Assembly: GCF_000007005.1 (NCBI RefSeq)
Contig: NC_002754.1
Strand: one strand, 5' to 3'
Length of the DNA: 64,000 nt
Source: Saccharolobus solfataricus P2
Lineage (GTDB): Archaea; Thermoproteota; Thermoprotei_A; Sulfolobales; Sulfolobaceae
The translations under genes and the position numbers were made by a program. A model generated the notes under the pieces. It made no database searches. It saw only the letters and a list, made by a program, of their open reading frames with translations, and was not told the origin of the DNA. This document shows, piece after piece, positions 52,875 through 63,691 of the stretch; position 1 is the stretch's first letter; each line of letters starts with the position of its first letter.

Positions 52875-53000
52875 TTTTATGCAAAAGTATTAGATACTGT
52901 AGATATGATTATTACAATTTAATTATATTAACTTTAATAAGGGTTTATAATATCACAACTTTTATAATTACCTAAAAATACGTAATATTTTGAGGGAATC
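52875..53000. repeat. 126-bp perfect inverted repeat, copy 2 (dsrE-like 3' end plus promoter/leader)
   Basis: Encodes FYAKVLDTVDMIITI-stop, two TTTATAAT boxes (52944-51, 52961-68) and a GAGGGA leader. Confidence 0.97.
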
Positions 53001-53002
53001 GA

Positions 53003-54223
53003 ATGAATAAAAAGCAGTTAATAAAGGCGTTGTCCAGTTATCAATTATGGTTAATAGTAGGACTCATAGTAATTATATTGATAGGAGTAGGGGCTGCATA
53101 CATTATGTTAAAGCAGTCTCAATCGTCATCAATACCTAGTTCGACCCAAACTACCAATAGTTCAGTTTCTACTACTACTTCTCCTCAATACAGTTTCCTA
53201 GTATTCACACAGAAAGGAATTGCAGAAATAATAAACCCATCATCCACTACTCCTTTCCAAGGATATACGCATTCCATTAACATCTCTACAAACGTACCAC
53301 AACAAGTATACTGGTGGGTTGAGTATCCATTTGAAAATGCTGCACAATCACGATATTACCTCATACCAGTAAATAATGGTACGGTTTACGCAATCGATGC
53401 TAATAGTTTAAAGATCGTAAAGGAATTCAATTTTGGAAATAGTATAGGATTTATAGGAGTTGCATACTCACCAAGTCAACAACTAGTCGCAGTAGCAGAT
53501 GGTCCAAGCGGTATCTTAGCTCTAATCAACGTTTCATCTCTTAACGTATTATGGGAACAGCATTTCGTCTCTCCAGTTAATGGTAGAACGTATTATCCTT
53601 GTGACGTTAGATGGAGTCCAGACGGAAACTATTTAATAGTTCCAATGAGATTTAACAACAGCGTTGATCTTATAGCGTTAAACGGTAGCTTAATTAAGGT
53701 TTTACCCACTGCTGCTGGTTCACAACCCTATATGGTAAGCCCTAATATGCAAGGCACAATGGTAGCGGTAGAGTACGTTGGAAATAACTCAGTTGGGTTT
53801 TACTCTCTACCATCATTGAAATTGCTAGGCATCTTACAAATGCCCAACGGTACAATACCACAGAGGGGTGTATTCACTCCAAATGGAGATTACTACCTTG
53901 AGGCACCTTCAAATACGAATCAAGTGTTTGTGATATCCACATCCACTTTTCAGATAGTCAAAACTATAGACTTGCCATCATTTAGTGTTAAAGGCTTAGC
54001 AGATATAGAACTTATGCCTGGAGGGCAGTACGCATATGTAGTGATTCACGGTAATGTACAATCAGGTGGTATAATAGCTCTAATATCCGTAAGTAGTTTA
54101 ACGGTAAGTAGCTATGTACCTTTGTCTACCGCTCCAGCAGTGATAATTCCAGTTCAAAACCAAGTAGCAACTTACCTAGTTGATAACGTTTTGTTACCTC
54201 CAGTTACTGGGCTTCACTGTTAG
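53003..54223 (+). CDS. Membrane-anchored YVTN/YncE-like beta-propeller protein
   Basis: N-terminal TM, Ser/Thr linker, repeated blades (GVAYSP, DVRWSPDG, VFTPNG). Confidence 0.78.
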   Translation: MNKKQLIKALSSYQLWLIVGLIVIILIGVGAAYIMLKQSQSSSIPSSTQTTNSSVSTTTSPQYSFLVFTQKGIAEIINPSSTTPFQGYTHSINISTNVPQQVYWWVEYPFENAAQSRYYLIPVNNGTVYAIDANSLKIVKEFNFGNSIGFIGVAYSPSQQLVAVADGPSGILALINVSSLNVLWEQHFVSPVNGRTYYPCDVRWSPDGNYLIVPMRFNNSVDLIALNGSLIKVLPTAAGSQPYMVSPNMQGTMVAVEYVGNNSVGFYSLPSLKLLGILQMPNGTIPQRGVFTPNGDYYLEAPSNTNQVFVISTSTFQIVKTIDLPSFSVKGLADIELMPGGQYAYVVIHGNVQSGGIIALISVSSLTVSSYVPLSTAPAVIIPVQNQVATYLVDNVLLPPVTGLHC

Positions 54224-54233
54224 GGGAATAGGG

Positions 54234-55145
54234 ATGAAAGTCCTACATCCATATTTCTATACTTTTTTGTTTTTTAATTTTACCGTATTTCTCCCAATTT
54301 TAATAAATGGGATTAGGATAGTTAGTTTGTGGTATTCTCCCTTATCTGATACCGGACAACAAACGTTTATACTTCCCTTCTTAATATTCACCGTTATATA
54401 TCTTGCTTGTTCTAGTATATTTGGGTACTTCCTTTATAGACACAAGGAGAACAAATTCATACTAGTGAAAGGAGACTTTACCGTATTAAATATTATGAAG
54501 AGTCTTCTAAACGATAAGGCGTTTAGAAAAATACTAATTTTCTATTCAGTTTCCTATTTAGTATCCTTCCTAATAGTTAGCGGAGTCATCTTGGTCCCGA
54601 ACATCAACATTAGTCCCTATTTTTTAAAGCTAACAACTATAACATACGATGCATATGGAATTCAAATCTACTTTAATTTCTTCGTTCTTAACATACCAAT
54701 GATCATCTTTGCTCTATTAAACACGTTAATACTATCATTTGCGTTCATGCTAAGCTACTATACCATTTCACTAATATATGTGTCATACAATTTAATGGAA
54801 TGGAAAGTACCAAAGACCTTTAGGATAACTGCAACAAACATTGCAGGAGGATTTTTGACAGCCTCTGTCCCATCAATTGGAACAATAGCGGGAATTTGCT
54901 GCTTAACCCCTACTGCAATAAATTCACTATTGTATCTCGCTTCCTCCTCGTTCCCATTAATAAGTAAAAACCTAGTGTGGAAGTACACAATCTATATGGG
55001 AATGCCCTTACTCTCTACTATCTCCCAATTAATATTACTCTCCTCTCCCGTATTTGCTGGAGTGGTAATTCTCTCTTTATCATTGTACTCTCTCATACAA
55101 ATTAGCAAGAAATTAAGAGAGGGATTGTTATGGCAAAGACAATGA
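54234..55145 (+). CDS. Multi-pass membrane protein with a GICC motif
   Basis: About 7 hydrophobic segments, [10 protein letters not shown]; ATG 54234 preferred over TTG 54180. Confidence 0.72.
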   Translation: MKVLHPYFYTFLFFNFTVFLPILINGIRIVSLWYSPLSDTGQQTFILPFLIFTVIYLACSSIFGYFLYRHKENKFILVKGDFTVLNIMKSLLNDKAFRKILIFYSVSYLVSFLIVSGVILVPNINISPYFLKLTTITYDAYGIQIYFNFFVLNIPMIIFALLNTLILSFAFMLSYYTISLIYVSYNLMEWKVPKTFRITATNIAGGFLTASVPSIGTIAGICCLTPTAINSLLYLASSSFPLISKNLVWKYTIYMGMPLLSTISQLILLSSPVFAGVVILSLSLYSLIQISKKLREGLLWQRQ

Positions 55146-55666
55146 TCTCCGATAATTTTACATTAATTTTAAGGATATCAATGGCTTCCATATGGCTCTA
55201 TGCGGGTATTTTAGGAAAACTTCTCAATTCAGGATTTCTGAATCCATCTTCCGAACAGTATGTAGGTTTTACAATACAGTACTTAGCCCAAGGATCTATT
55301 ATAAGGCAATTTTTATACATAGTCGCAATGCCACATCCGGTTCTAGTGGGAACATTAGTCATGATAGGAGAGATTAGCTTTGGGATTCTAACTCTTATAG
55401 GATTAATGAGCAGACTATGTAGCGTAGTAGCATTTTATACCAACTTAATTTACTTCTTATCTGCTAGCTGGACTGGAGCTGAGGAATATGGGTTAAATCT
55501 TCTAATGATGATAATAAACGCGTACATAATAGCCTATGGTTCTGGTAATTTCTCAATAGACTCTTTGGTTTTACGAAAGTTTAACGTTGTAAATAACAAG
55601 ATATTATGGATAATAGTAGGTAGTGTGATATACATTGCTGTCATTGTGTATTTAATACTTATCTAG
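55130..55666 (+). CDS. doxD: DoxD-like protein (TQO small subunit / DoxX family)
   Basis: [29 protein letters not shown] and SASWTGAEE. Confidence 0.75.
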   Translation: MAKTMISDNFTLILRISMASIWLYAGILGKLLNSGFLNPSSEQYVGFTIQYLAQGSIIRQFLYIVAMPHPVLVGTLVMIGEISFGILTLIGLMSRLCSVVAFYTNLIYFLSASWTGAEEYGLNLLMMIINAYIIAYGSGNFSIDSLVLRKFNVVNNKILWIIVGSVIYIAVIVYLILI

Positions 55667-56667
55667 GAAATTCTCAGTTTTATATATCCAACTATTAGGA
55701 GAAGAGTTGCTAAGAGAGAATATAAGTATCTATCATATATTACTAAATTTACAATATAAAATCCTAATATTACAGAATAATATATCATGTTCTTACTTCC
55801 GAATTGCGCCAAACCGTAAACACCTAAAGAGAAAGAGATTGAAGCTATCATATAAGGTAAAATCAAGGCGATGTCATTACCTATCAAAATGAATTCAAAC
55901 AAATAAAATGGCAGACTGGATAACATAATTGTCAAAGGTATCTCAGCTATTAACTTTCCGACATATACTTTAATTGTTCCTACTAACCTCATAATTTGCC
56001 TTAATTCGCCTCTTGGAAAAGAGGATAATAAATAGTAGTCCATCAAATCGATAAAGGAAAAGAAAAATAATAAAAGGATAATGAGAGGTATCTTTAGCGT
56101 GTTTGAAAAATTATTGTAGGTGAAATTGACATCTAGAGGAAGATTAACATTGTCTGAATTAATCTCAAAAATTGTATAATTTGAATTTTCTTGTTTAGGA
56201 TCTACTGCGATGAAAGTTTTACCCTTAACGCTTATTATTGAAAGATTTTGGCTGGAATAATATTTTAAAAAGAGACTTGAAAAAGCGAAAGTAGTTGAAG
56301 AGTTTGGTATAGTTAATGTTAGATTTACGTTCTTTTGAAATGAATTTATTATTACGTTAATCCTAGTATTATTCTGAATATAAGCCACTGGAAGATACAA
56401 GTAAAATGACCCATTATTTGTCTTAACGCTCTCTGTGAAATTGTAGTATGACAACTTTATTTCTGAACTTACACCTTTTCCTTGAAAGTCAAAGACATAG
56501 CCTGATACTTTTATCCCATAAGAAGAGCCCTCAACGATTCCTATAACGCTTATCGATTCGGAAAGAATTTGCGCAGCTATTAGTGACAGACTCAGAGCTA
56601 TAAGAATTAAGAAGACGAATACAATTGATCTTTTAAATTCCTGCATAAAAATATAGGAAAACCTCAT
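55663..56667 (-). CDS. ABC exporter permease with extracellular domain
   Basis: TM-loop-TM layout behind the ATPase; the start may be ATG 56646. Confidence 0.7.
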   Translation of the reverse strand: MRFSYIFMQEFKRSIVFVFLILIALSLSLIAAQILSESISVIGIVEGSSYGIKVSGYVFDFQGKGVSSEIKLSYYNFTESVKTNNGSFYLYLPVAYIQNNTRINVIINSFQKNVNLTLTIPNSSTTFAFSSLFLKYYSSQNLSIISVKGKTFIAVDPKQENSNYTIFEINSDNVNLPLDVNFTYNNFSNTLKIPLIILLLFFFSFIDLMDYYLLSSFPRGELRQIMRLVGTIKVYVGKLIAEIPLTIMLSSLPFYLFEFILIGNDIALILPYMIASISFSLGVYGLAQFGSKNMIYYSVILGFYIVNLVIYDRYLYSLLATLLLIVGYIKLRIS

Positions 56668-57346
56668 CTGGTGTCACTCTAATAACCTCATACTTAACTC
56701 CACATTTATCTAAATCAATTTCAATACTATTCTCGTTTTCCCTTTCCCATATCTCACTATTCTTAAATCTTATAACCTTGTACAACAATCCACTCTTGGG
56801 ACCATCGAAAACGACCCTACCCTTAGACATAATTATAACTCTATCTATTAAATCCCATATATCCTTAAGGTTATGGTGAGCAATTATCACACCTCCTTTA
56901 AATCTCCTTATCAAATCTTTAGTTAGAGAAGAAATTTGGGACATGTCATCGACTATGAGGTGGTTAGGGGAAAAAGGTAATGAAAGAGCTAAGGACAACC
57001 TCTTTTTCTCATCTAAGGATAGATCCTTAACCTTCTTATTTCCATCTAATCCAACAAAATCTAAATAATGATACTCCTTATTAACATAAGTCATTACGTC
57101 TTTAACACTGATAGTGGGTATAAATTTGGGTACCTGAGGTATATAAGCGATCTTCCTCTTATCTTCTAAATACACTTTACCTTTAGTTGGTTTCACATCT
57201 CCAGCTAGCATCTGAAGTAGTACAGTCTTCCCTGAGTTATGAACACCTATAACTCCTACCTTCTCGTTCTCATAAATATCTAGATTAACTTCAACTACTG
57301 CAGAACTTCCGTGAAAAATTTTACTTACGTTTATTGCCCTTATCAC
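56633..57346 (-). CDS. ABC exporter ATPase (degenerate signature)
   Basis: GVHNSGKT, LSLDE in place of LSGG, IVDD. Confidence 0.8.
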   Translation of the reverse strand: MIRAINVSKIFHGSSAVVEVNLDIYENEKVGVIGVHNSGKTVLLQMLAGDVKPTKGKVYLEDKRKIAYIPQVPKFIPTISVKDVMTYVNKEYHYLDFVGLDGNKKVKDLSLDEKKRLSLALSLPFSPNHLIVDDMSQISSLTKDLIRRFKGGVIIAHHNLKDIWDLIDRVIIMSKGRVVFDGPKSGLLYKVIRFKNSEIWERENENSIEIDLDKCGVKYEVIRVTPDEVFLYFYAGI

Positions 57347-57638
57347 GTTAAAGTTTACTCGTTTTAAAACCTAATATATTTTCTTGTGATTTGATAACAG
57401 CAGTTATAGGATTTTCCTTGAATGCTTGAATGTGAAGATAATGCCGTCATTAAGCTATAAATTCTCTCCTTGATATTCCAAACGTATATTAATTATATTG
57501 GTTTAGCGTCTTCTCTTTATCAAGGTCAGTAAACTTAATTAATTTGTAGTTAAGTGACGGCACTTTCTAAAAAGTCATCAAGAAATGTCAGTTCCTCTAA
57601 AATTTGATATATAAATATGAGAAAAGTAATGTTTAAAT

Positions 57639-59297
57639 GTGAGTGAGAAGCGCGCGTCAAGAGTATTAACGATCATATTAATAGTATTGATTTTATCAGA
57701 ATTTTGTAATGGTATATTGGTTAAGACGAGCACTATGAAAAATATATTCATCAGTTTAATTGTCTTAGAAGGAAAGCCAATAATGGTAATCCAGACTTCT
57801 AAAGCTGATTTTCTAAATATAACTTTAGAAGATGTTAATAGAAATAGAATAACTTTGCCTACCATTTCTCTTAACGAGTCCAACGTTCTAACGTACACTT
57901 ACGATGGATATCTAGTAATTGAGATGCGTGCACAAGGAAGTTTAACAGTCTATGTTATAGACTCCTCGTTAACCTTAATTAGTAATATAAAGCTAAACTA
58001 TAATTATTCTGTTCAGTATCCACTCTTAACTGGAGACTATATAGTTCTGATTAGCAAGAAGCTAGTGGGAGTAATAAGTAGAAATATGACCACTAATGGT
58101 TCACTTTTAGAGGAAAACATTCCCATTTATAATATTTCTATATCAGCAACTAATTTTCTTAATAAATATGAAAAGAATATTAGCATAAGCGATGTTATCG
58201 GATATCCCTTAAATCTTACACTAATTAAAGATCATATTATAACTGGGTCTTTCTTTCCACTAAATGAAGTATTACCCATTTTCACATATAAAAACTGGAT
58301 TTACATAGTTTATCCTATATATTCTAATTCCACAATAGGGGAATATGAAATAGAAGCCGTAAATTTAAATACGGGGTCAATAAGTTCTACAGAGATTAAA
58401 TTTAGGGGGTATATGAGTGGATATATTCCTTCTAACTTAGAGGGTCTGCGATTTCTAGTATTCTACAACGAAAGTAACATCTCGGTTTACTCTATTAATG
58501 GGAGCTATATGGAAAGCTTAGAGATAAATAATTATACCAAACAACTAGAGAAGCCTTATGCAATATATACACCGCTCTTTCCCTCAGTACTGCTTTCAAG
58601 TAGCTTAACCCTTGTTAATCCAATTGTTGTCCCACTGTCTATTGAAGTAGGGCCCATTATCAATGTAGTCAATTATTCTGTTAACGTTTTACCATCGGTT
58701 GCGAATCGTATTTCAGATTATTATTTGTTAGCCAACTTCAATCCCTATCTATACTTAGTTCTATTTAATACTACTTATGGACTAAATATTCATAACGTAT
58801 CGAACTTTTATATTTACAATAAATCTGTCTTATTAATACTTTTTTACAATTCGACTATATCATATTATCAAATTGGTAAGAGAGGTTTAAATAGACTTCC
58901 CTCGGGTACAATGATTTCAACTGGTCTTGTTGTGGAGAACAACTCTGTACAGTATTACCATAATCCTATATTCTTCTATCAGAACTTTCCTTTAATTCAA
59001 GGTTCTCCCATAATAATGAAATACAGTAACGGTACTTATGAATTAGTTATAAGCTTGCCAAATTCCACCATTTATATACCTAGGGGATATTTTGTCGTAG
59101 GAGTTTACAATAATACTATAGTGTTATATCATAAGGGTAAATTGTACTTATCACTGGGAGATAAACTCCATGAGATAAATTTCAGTATTCCTCGGGATAA
59201 TGATAGCTTTACGAATTATATTATCGTCTATGTTATCATATTACTAGTATCAATTGCAATATATATTATAATTCGCGAGAAAGATAGAATTTCATAG
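57639..59297 (+). CDS. Hypothetical cell-surface protein
   Basis: Signal-like N-terminus, Asn/Tyr-rich beta content, C-terminal TM plus charged tail. Confidence 0.75.
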   Translation: MSEKRASRVLTIILIVLILSEFCNGILVKTSTMKNIFISLIVLEGKPIMVIQTSKADFLNITLEDVNRNRITLPTISLNESNVLTYTYDGYLVIEMRAQGSLTVYVIDSSLTLISNIKLNYNYSVQYPLLTGDYIVLISKKLVGVISRNMTTNGSLLEENIPIYNISISATNFLNKYEKNISISDVIGYPLNLTLIKDHIITGSFFPLNEVLPIFTYKNWIYIVYPIYSNSTIGEYEIEAVNLNTGSISSTEIKFRGYMSGYIPSNLEGLRFLVFYNESNISVYSINGSYMESLEINNYTKQLEKPYAIYTPLFPSVLLSSSLTLVNPIVVPLSIEVGPIINVVNYSVNVLPSVANRISDYYLLANFNPYLYLVLFNTTYGLNIHNVSNFYIYNKSVLLILFYNSTISYYQIGKRGLNRLPSGTMISTGLVVENNSVQYYHNPIFFYQNFPLIQGSPIIMKYSNGTYELVISLPNSTIYIPRGYFVVGVYNNTIVLYHKGKLYLSLGDKLHEINFSIPRDNDSFTNYIIVYVIILLVSIAIYIIIREKDRIS

Positions 59298-59347
59298 TAA
59301 GATGAACCATCTAATCCTTTTAAATTCAAACATTACTATATTCTATA

Positions 59348-60010
59348 ATGATAAAAAGTTACACCATAGTGCTCTCACACGACGATTGGAGTCGTTACAC
59401 TGAGAGATTTAACGAAGAGGAATTATATGTAAAGGTTGTAAGGAGAATTCCATCATTAGATGGACTCACTGAAAACGTTATGGGTATAATTTACGCTAAG
59501 GACAAGGAGTTTTATAGGCAAATAATTAGAATGCTGAGTAGAAATGAAACAACTATTGATTTCAGAATAATAGATGAGTACAAAAACAAATCTAATATCA
59601 GAGCAATATACGCATCGATAGAGAGTCTTAAAGGAAGAATAGCTGAAAGATTATTAAAGGATTGTAGAATTTTTAGCATGTCAGAAACTATATATGAAGG
59701 AATGGAAAGATGGAACGTAATTGCTGACTCCGAAAACTTCATTAAGATCATACCAGAGGTGAAAGAGCTAACTTATGAGTTTAAAATTATTGAGGAATCT
59801 TCAAATCCACTCCTTTCAGTAAAGGAAGAGCTAACGCCTAAGGAATTATCAATTCTGAAGCTAGCCTTTGATAAGGGATACTTCGAAACGCCTAAAAGAA
59901 TAGGACTAGAGGAGTTAGCAAATGAGTTGGGTATTTCTAAACCAGCCATAATGCAAGTTTTAAGAAAGGCTATTGCGAAGTTGACCGAAAAGAGTATAAA
60001 AGATTTTTAA
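59348..60010 (+). CDS. Transcriptional regulator with bacterio-opsin-activator-type HTH
   Basis: LTPKE..AFDKGYFETPKR..LEELANELGISKP; paralog of 46233. Confidence 0.85.
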   Translation: MIKSYTIVLSHDDWSRYTERFNEEELYVKVVRRIPSLDGLTENVMGIIYAKDKEFYRQIIRMLSRNETTIDFRIIDEYKNKSNIRAIYASIESLKGRIAERLLKDCRIFSMSETIYEGMERWNVIADSENFIKIIPEVKELTYEFKIIEESSNPLLSVKEELTPKELSILKLAFDKGYFETPKRIGLEELANELGISKPAIMQVLRKAIAKLTEKSIKDF

Positions 60011-60747
60011 CCGGTTAGAGAGCTTAAAATTCCCAACCCTATCATAAAAATTCCTAGAAATAGTAGTGATAGCCTCCCTGCCTTAGCTAGAATTTGGAAA
60101 TTCGCTTTCACTCCTTTGACCAAACCTTTGTATATTAATAAAACCACTATGGATTGGGCTATCCATGAACCTATTCCAAATAATAGTCCAATTAAGAAGG
60201 TGATATTCACACTAATAAGTGTACTTAGGGCAATGGTTAATAACAATATTACTATAAAATCCCCTCCAAAGGCCGCAGCTAGGCCGTGAATCCAGATTAA
60301 TTTGTAATCTGGATTATTATCTTTATCCACAACTTTATCCTTGCCTTTAATAATGAAAATTAAGGCAACTCCTATCATTGTCAGCCCTACTATAACATCT
60401 ACTATTGGGTCTAAGTTGTAATTCTGAAAGAATGAGAGAAGTTGTCCAGTCAATGCGCTCAAACTAGCCCAGACGAGTGTTAATGCCCCTGCGAAAACGC
60501 TTGTAGAAACTATTGCACCTTTCATATTCCTCTGCATTATTCCATAGGATACGGTAATTGGCCATGTATGTTCGTCAGGTTTAAGTCCATGAACTATACC
60601 TATTATAAAAATTGCTAAAGGCCAATAAATGCCTAAGACTAATAATATTTTATGTGCTATTGGCTCTAGTATATCTGGCAACGATAATATAGCAACTGCA
60701 ATTCCGAGAGATATGGAAAGCGCAATTATGAGTTCTTTTCCTCTCAT
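60007..60747 (-). CDS. NicO/RcnA-like nickel/cobalt transporter
   Basis: VHGLKPDEHTW and WIHGLAA metal-binding motifs, 6-7 TM. Confidence 0.7.
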   Translation of the reverse strand: MRGKELIIALSISLGIAVAILSLPDILEPIAHKILLVLGIYWPLAIFIIGIVHGLKPDEHTWPITVSYGIMQRNMKGAIVSTSVFAGALTLVWASLSALTGQLLSFFQNYNLDPIVDVIVGLTMIGVALIFIIKGKDKVVDKDNNPDYKLIWIHGLAAAFGGDFIVILLLTIALSTLISVNITFLIGLLFGIGSWIAQSIVVLLIYKGLVKGVKANFQILAKAGRLSLLFLGIFMIGLGILSSLTG

Positions 60748-60830
60748 ATGGTATTAGGGTAACCCTAAAGTATATAAATTTTTCTACTAATAACAAAGGA
60801 AAAGGACAAAAAACATTTAAAAAAGAATTT

Positions 60831-62482
60831 TTACCTTCTTCTAACTAACACCACGGCTATTACTATTATAACTATTAGCACAATTATTCCAATCGCTATA
60901 TATGTCATAGTATTTGATGATGAAGTTGCTGTTATATTAGATGTGGCTGAAGGAGATGTCGTGGATGTTAAAGTAGTAGAGACACTTGCGGTAGTGGATG
61001 CACTAGATGTACTTGTGGATGTTAAAGTAGTAGAGGATGTCGTTGAAGAAGTTGGTTGTGCGGAGTAAACTACATAATATGTTGAAGATGGATCGTCAAA
61101 TATTTCCAGTTTTCCATTTATGATGAAGTAATTGGAAGAGTTTAATTTAACTAATGTATCATTCTCTACCTTATAGACGCCAATTATGGAACCATTATTA
61201 AGCGTCGTAACGTTGAATAGGATGTATTGTGAAGACACGTTGACTACGACCTTCTGTGCCACATGAACGTTACCGTTTAAATGCACATTGGTAACGTTTA
61301 CCAATAGCGGAAGTGTTACGCTAACATTATGAGTAGTATTGGCTTCTGTTAATACTACGAATTTTGACGTTGAATTTAACGTTATTTCCGCTAGCACGCC
61401 TTTATGATTATTCACTATGACTAAATGAGAAATGTTAACGATTGCAGTTGACGTTATATTACCTTCATCGTTTCCTACTATCATTACTGGGACTCCATTA
61501 ATGTAAGTGTAACCCATAAAGTTTGCATGTACTTGTTTTACTCCACTTACCGTAACTATCTTAAGTTCAGTAAATGCGATGTTATAATTAAGTCCAATCT
61601 TAACTGGAATCATCTCTAGATTTCCAACAATACTCGAAATGTGTACATATCCTAGAATTGTACCATTTACTCCATAAAATTCTATCGTCTCAAAATCTGC
61701 ACGTATGTTTCCCTTACCTGACATTACTGGAACTAAGCCTTCTCCTTTCCAAAATAAGGCAGGAGTCAGTGTGCCATTAAAGTACGCTGTAGTAACCTTA
61801 TATCCATTAACAGTTGCGTTGCTTTCTGTCCCATTATAGTTAATACTGACCAGTAATGGAGAATATCTCCTTGGTATTTGCGCTGTAGCAGTTAGCTCTC
61901 CACTAACCGATACTTTAGCCTCTACAGATGTTACCGGGAATAAGTATAGGCTTATTTTATTGCTTATACTTACATTTTCTTTATTAATTGCCAATGTTGC
62001 ATTAGCTATTGTGGAACCGTTTGCGAATTGAAGCATAACTTCACTTGTTCCATTAATATATGCATAAGCGTTAATATCAGTAGCATTAAAACCAGCCCAT
62101 ATCAATTCTGTCTCATTTGCACTCATTATCACTATTCTTATTAAATCAGGTAAGTCAGTTTTTATCGTAATGGTGTTATTAGTATAAGCTGATACGTTAA
62201 CATATCCCTCAAATTTTTCTGGAGAAGAAGCAAATAATAAAGTGTAAACTGTTCTATTGTACGTTACCTTAAACGCTTTGCCGTCACTTAGGGTTGTATT
62301 GTATGTAGCTGAACTTACAGTATAAGTTACTGTACTTGCACTTAATGGACCATTAATACCGGAGGCTCTGTATACACTATCATATCTTTGATAATACACG
62401 TGTATTGTAGGACTTGAACTAGCTGAAATTAGAATTGTTGCGAAAACCGTTAAGGGGGAAGTAGGAGGACTAGCCATTTCAT
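60831..62482 (-). CDS. Cell-surface glycoprotein with Ser/Thr linker and C-terminal anchor; probable frameshift in the signal peptide
   Basis: Long ORF from ATG 62477; an upstream leaderless ATG 62482 encodes MKWLVLLLP in another frame, and the two join across a C5 run. Confidence 0.8.
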
Positions 62483-62583
62483 GTGAGATAGTAGGACGTT
62501 TCCCCTATATAAGGGTTAAGTCGTTCCGCTTCATGAAACGGGTTGAATTTCAAATAATTTCTTCACTAGATTTATATCACGAA

Positions 62584-63177
62584 CTAATATAAACTCATCT
62601 GAGTTTTCATTACTGTGCTGTTAGTGGAGTTTCCTATAAATTTAAAGTAAAGACCTATATCGTTAAGTATTTGTTGTGGCGTCAAATTCTCATAACTCTT
62701 ACCATAAATATAAGCAGTTACCTTAACATCATTCTCCTTTATAGTTACATTTACATAGGTTTGGTTAAGATTTAACGTTACGACTTGACCATCTTCAAAA
62801 TAGAGAATAACATATAATTGAGAAAACGTTATATTAGGCTTGATACCAACAATGTATATTCCATGTTCTTTAACGTGTATCTTAAATTCAGCCTTAAATG
62901 AAAATGAATAGGTCTGAGGCTGTTTAGTAGTAGTTGAAGATCCAGAATTAGTAGTAGAGGACTGAGTTGTAGTGATAGTTGAAGTTGCTCCAGATGTCGT
63001 GTTAGTTGTGGTTGAACTAGACGGAGAGATAATTTGCACTGTGGAGACATTTATTGGAATTCCACCTACTGGCTGAGTAGGTCTATTGTGTAGTGTATAA
63101 TAAAGTTCTACACCTAAAATTACATTTACAATTAAGGTAATAATTACCAAACCTACCAAGAGTGTTTGTCTATCCAC
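62584..63177 (-). CDS. Hypothetical membrane-anchored Ser/Thr-rich protein
   Basis: GTG 63177 lies 24 nt after TTTATATG; N-terminal TM then a Ser/Thr tract. Confidence 0.7.
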   Translation of the reverse strand: MDRQTLLVGLVIITLIVNVILGVELYYTLHNRPTQPVGGIPINVSTVQIISPSSSTTTNTTSGATSTITTTQSSTTNSGSSTTTKQPQTYSFSFKAEFKIHVKEHGIYIVGIKPNITFSQLYVILYFEDGQVVTLNLNQTYVNVTIKENDVKVTAYIYGKSYENLTPQQILNDIGLYFKFIGNSTNSTVMKTQMSLY

Positions 63178-63691
63178 GATTTGTAATTGGTTGAATATTC
63201 CATATAAACCTTGGTTCCATGAAACAGTGAAACAATACACTTTAGATGACGCATTTACGTCAAAGTATAGCAAATTAAGTAACCTACACGAGCTACATGA
63301 ATTACCTAATATCATAAACCTTTTCATAAAACTTGAAGCGAATAGTTAAAAGTAAATTGCATCTTCTGGAGGGGCGATTCAGGTCTCTTTTGCGAATTGT
63401 AATTCATGAATAAGATGGATAAAACAAAGTAAACTGCCAGTTGTGTTTCACCAATTTTACTAGAAATGATGTAATTTCTATGGTAGGGGAAAATATCGAG
63501 TTATGGTTGTGAAAATCGGCTTATTTCAACATGATTATCAAAAAATTTTTAGATTAAACGAGAAGCATGGTTAAAAAGGAGTTTGTATATAGAGGGTAAT
63601 ATCATCTGTTTAGTATTATCAAGCGGGGAGGGGAGGTCTAGGGAGGAGGTGAACAGGAAAGGGTTAAAGCGAGGGACTCCATGACTCCGTT

